Source of the DNA: Eukaryota sp. TZLM1-RC
Taxonomy: Eukaryota; Protista; Metamonada: BaSk clade
Length of the DNA stretch: 64,000 nucleotides
Direction of reading: 5' to 3'
Assembly: GCA_040285825.1 (NCBI GenBank)
Contig: JAUPSS010000003.1
Location: 806,001-870,000, forward strand
A program made the translations under genes and the position numbers. The notes beneath the pieces were generated by a model. The model saw nothing but the letters and a program-made list of their open reading frames with translations, did no database searches and was not told where the DNA came from. Below are positions 59,906-64,000 of the stretch, in pieces; positions within the stretch are counted from its first letter, which is position 1, and each line of letters opens with the position of its first letter.

Positions 59906-60229
59906 ACTAATTACGAAGGCAAATGGGTTTTTTTCAGCTTGAGCGCTAGAGCGCAATTTTACAATAAACTATAATGTAATACAAAATCACTAATAAACAA
60001 TTTATAAAGGTATCCAAGGCTAACATTATTATGTGGAGGATATTAGTGATGGTGATAACCCTTTATATTTGGTTTAGTTATTGTTGAGGGTTCTTGTTAA
60101 CATTTACTTTGTGAATTTTGCCATTGAGTGATTAGGGAAAGCATAAATTCCAGTTTTTTGCATCAATATTTGAAATTTCTTCATTTAATGCAAAAGAATT
60201 TTTTATCAATTTTATTAAAAAGCTATCAA

Positions 60230-63108
60230 CCAACATCTAAAAAATCCATCTCTCACAGAACAAAAACACTAGATCAACTCTTTCATAGTGAGATCCAGGA
60301 GAAAGCAAAGCATCAGAAACCATCTTCAACGTCCCCTTAAAAATAGAAAACACCATTCTATTTTGCCAAAACAATCTGTTGAATTTTCTGTTAGTTCTTC
60401 TCTTTACAATCAATTCAAAATCTACCAAAAAACGTATAGCCGTTGGAGTAAGTGAACCAAAAAGAGAAAATACAAATGGATACAAATATTATTTTGCACG
60501 CTGTTGACTGGACAATTTAAACAAAGGTTAATTGTATAATTTGATTTTGGAATTTTCAACATTTGAAAGGGGATTATGAATTTCAGAATTAACAAATTTT
60601 CATTTGAGGCATTACAAGGATCAACAGACATTACATCCAATAAAATGAAGGTTCCATCTAATCCAGGTAAAATGACATCACCTCTATTATTCTTATGAAA
60701 ATCATCTTCAGTATCAAACAGATTGGACAACAGAGGTTCCAAAAAAAATTCAATTCTATGAGACTTACACATACAATATAATTGGTCTCTTACAGCATCG
60801 TTAACCTTGCTTCTAAAAGTAATCAAATGTTTACAGTCTCTGAGAGCTTACACAATATTTTTTCTGCGTGTTGCTTAAGCAGGTTCAATGAGAAAGCAAA
60901 ACAAATTTTATTACCCTTTAAATATGGTATTAAGACTCCACAGATGGAGTCTCTTCAGCGATATTTGCTACTGATGTTTTATTTCACCAAAATGAATCCA
61001 ATGTTTGTATGTCATTGGATTTTAGTAATGCTTTTAATTCACTAAGTCGTCGCAATATCCATGGTGCTCTATTGCAATATATGCCGGAATTAATACCGTA
61101 TTTTCAATCAACATATTGCACATATTCTAATTTACATTTTGGTAATAACATTTTGAGTTCATCAAGTGGTGTAAAGCAAGGAGATCCGTTAGGACCTCTT
61201 TTGTTTTGTTTGGCCATTCATCCTATTTTACTGCAAATTCAAGAGATGTTTCCTTCACTAAAAATGATTGCAAATATGGATGATGTTGTGCTTATTGGTG
61301 ATTTAAATATTGTGAAACAAGCAACTGTATGTTTAAAAGAATTATTTACCAAAATTGGTCTCCGACTTAATTTACTTAAATGTGTTTTGTTATCGAATTC
61401 TCCAGTTTCCACAATAGTTGATGATATTGAAATTCAAGCCAAATTATATTCAATTGATGCTATTCGTCATTTGGGTTCGTTTTTAGGAAATAATGATGAA
61501 ATTACCAAAAAATTGTTTGAAAAGTTGAACTCAATTTCTGACAAAATTGACTGAATGATGAATTTAGATATAAAAAAACATATCAAATTTACCATTATAA
61601 GACTGTGTTTTAGTTCCAATTTTAATCATATATTTCGATCTACAAATCCTCTCGTCACTAGACCTTTGGCTCAGAATTTTAATGAGTTACGTGCAAAAGT
61701 TCTGTCTCAATAACTGGGATGTAAAATGTTTCAAATTCCAGATCATGCTTACCTTAGTCCACATTATGGTGGTTTAGGTTGGACGAAGGCTTCTATTCTT
61801 ACCTCGTGTGCTTTTGTTGGTGGATGCAGAAATGCAATCTTTGAGTTTTCCGAAAGATTTGCAGATTGGGAAGATTTATTGATGGCAACGCAAAGTTCCA
61901 CTGTTTTTGCATTAAATGAAGAAATTTCAAAAATTGATGTAGAAAAATGGGGTCGATGTTTTCCCCAATCATTCAATGGCAATATTCCAGAAAAAAATGT
62001 TTTAAATTTGAAGTACACTCTTCGAACATTACAGAAACGATTGACTGGAATGTATGAAAAAGATCTTTATAATAATATATGCAGCTCGGCTGTTTTAAAT
62101 CAAGATCTTCACTCATTGTTATTGGAAAAGGGTGTTTGTGAAAACAAGTCGTCAGATTCTTCACTTTTTGTAACCATGGTACCACGAAGATTTGGATTGT
62201 GTGCCACTAATGAAGCATTTGTAACAAAAATGAGATTATATTTGAACATCCCCATTAACCAATTATTATCAAAAGAAAAATGTATTTGTTCGAATTCACC
62301 TCAACTCACTTTGCGCCATGCTCTGAATTGCTCTAAATTGATAACTTATCGTTCTTCATTACATGATGCTGTTAGAGACACTGTTTTCAATATGGCACAA
62401 ACTGCAAGGATATCGTGTATCAAAGAGCCCCTGCTGAAGGAAACACTTTCTCTGAATAATTTTGGTTCTGATGATAGAGGTGATGTATACTGTGATTGGA
62501 TTGATAATTCTGAAGCTATTGTTGACTTTGTCTCATGTAATGTTGCAAATGATACTTTGGTTCACAAAAGAAAACTTAATCCTGTGGCTGCTCTGGATTT
62601 TAAAGCAAAAGAGAAACAAAGAAAATATGACAAAGATATTGAAGAGGCTAATGCCGATAGAAATACACAGCTGGTTTTTATTGCTTTCCCATTTTCGATA
62701 AATGAAAGATTATCAGTAGAAGCAGGAACTTTTTAGAATGATTTCCAAAAAATGGTTCAAGAAAAAACAATGAAAAGATTTGATATTTTTTTATGGCGTT
62801 CACGGATTCAATTTGCCATTATCAATAGATAACCTCGGTTTTTCAATCGAATTAGAGAAGCTTTAGCTAGACAGCAAGCAGATCAAGATTTTGTAGAGGA
62901 AATCTTGGTTCAATGATAGTCGTCCCATTAGTTATGAGTTAATTTAATTAAGTGTGCAAATTCAATAAATACATTTTATTAATGTTTACAGTTTAAAAAA
63001 TAAGTAATTGTAATCTTTCAAGAACATTTACAAATTAAATTATGAGGTAAATTATCAGGCCAGATAAAGGAACGAAATCTCATATTCAAAGTCCAAGCAG
63101 AATCAGTG
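60230..63108 (-). mobile_element. Family B retrotransposon 3' fragment interrupted by a family A copy
   Basis: SAWTLNMRFRSFIWP..LICKC (62993-63108) joins ITFRSKVNDAVRDQ...RGDV..FWQNRMVFSIF (60230-60825). Confidence 0.85.
60838..62980 (+). mobile_element. Longest family A retrotransposon copy, 12 bp TSD
   Basis: SLDFSNAFNS, QGDPLGPLLF, NMDD, CCHC and RLE motifs with in-frame stops; TSD AATGTTTACAGT at 60826-60837 and 62981-62992. Confidence 0.93.
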
Positions 63109-63271
63109 CAAAAATAGTTACGCTTTCGAATCAAAAGTTTCGATTCAGATCTTTCTAATCTTCAAGCATTTTTGGATACATTTACTAAATGGGATATATA
63201 CAATATAAGATCTCCTTTTACAGATATCTCAACATGACCAATCACATAGTTCCTCCTACTTTGGGTTGCCA

Positions 63272-64000
63272 ATGTCCCGTAATCGCACTTTGACTACAAG
63301 CTTTGAATCCATGAATAGAACCGTTGCTGGTGTTGCTGGTGTTATTCATGGTTCTATCATGAAATCACACGATGAACACCAGCTCACCACACATCGAACG
63401 CCCCCGCCTTTCCAGATCTTCGATAGTCACAAGTCCAATCTCAGTCCACCTTCCTTTTCGAACGTTTATATTTTCATATACGATGTCTTTCGTCGTGCCC
63501 AAGTTGAACCTGAATGGTATATTCGTCCTAACCCTAATTTTAGTATCATTTCCGCGTTTATCTACCTTGAACGACTTCGTCAAAAGAGACCCGACATCTA
63601 TCTTACTCCTTTGAATTGGGAAAAACTTCTTTTTACCTCCATAATGGTGTCCTCCAAGTTTGCAGATGACATTAGCTGTTCGTCTTACTCATTTTCTCTT
63701 TGCTCTGAAAAACTTGTTTCCCTCCATGAACTAAATCAATTAGAAGCCCTTTTTGTCACAGAACTTGACTTTGAACTTTATGTTGGGGAAGAACTCTATA
63801 GAGATGTCTATTACACCCTTAAAAAGCTTTGGGTTCATTTACGAACGAACTCTGTAGGCGAAGTCATTCCCTTACCTAAATCCACAATAGATTCTCTAAA
63901 TCTTCCCGGTCATTTTGGTCCTTACTTCCTTTTCAAGTGCCATTCAAGTTCTGAAGTTCCTGAAGCAGCTGGCATAGGCTCCTTGTCTTCCCCACGGTCA
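63272..64000 (+). CDS. Cyclin Y-like cyclin (3' partial; in-frame intron 63517-63543)
   Basis: Manual translation FIYDVFRRAQVEPEC|IISAFIYLERL...LTPLNWEKLLFTSIMVSSKFADD..ELNQLEALFVTELDFELYV. Confidence 0.85.
   Translation, partial: MSRNRTLTTSFESMNRTVAGVAGVIHGSIMKSHDEHQLTTHRTPPPFQIFDSHKSNLSPPSFSNVYIFIYDVFRRAQVEPEWYIRPNPNFSIISAFIYLERLRQKRPDIYLTPLNWEKLLFTSIMVSSKFADDISCSSYSFSLCSEKLVSLHELNQLEALFVTELDFELYVGEELYRDVYYTLKKLWVHLRTNSVGEVIPLPKSTIDSLNLPGHFGPYFLFKCHSSSEVPEAAGIGSLSSPRS

Overview
AT-rich, gene-dense eukaryotic DNA using the standard genetic code. Alpha-tubulin and CCDC146/TMEM249-like genes suggest a flagellated protist (inference). About 20 host genes are supported: KIN17, SNU114/EFTUD2, a CDK10/11-like kinase, choline/ethanolamine kinase, CCDC146-like, THADA/Trm732-like, Med22-like, an LRR protein, TMEM249-like, SLX1, a PARP-like ART, an MBL hydrolase, alpha-tubulin, a 2.5k-aa DUF3638/DUF3645 protein and cyclin Y-like. 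Introns are ultra-short (23-32 nt) and divergent promoters are only 54-90 bp. Two divergent U2 snRNA genes sit in a ~3 kb inverted duplication. Intergenic DNA is a nested patchwork of RT-RLE non-LTR retrotransposons (11-12 bp TSDs), a deleted hAT element (8 bp TSD), a 1.45 kb mini-LTR element and six Fanzor1 (eukaryotic TnpB-like) loci, one nearly full length. Main observation: five of the six Fanzor loci are co-oriented with a host gene and their structured, omegaRNA-like 3' ends lie right against the host ATG. Two copies of one family end exactly 11 nt before the ATG of two unrelated genes, and one locus shows the adjacency only after two nested later insertions are removed. This suggests Fanzor elements that target start-codon/initiator regions and/or supply host promoters or 5'UTRs. 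All family assignments come from motif recognition by eye; no database searches were run.
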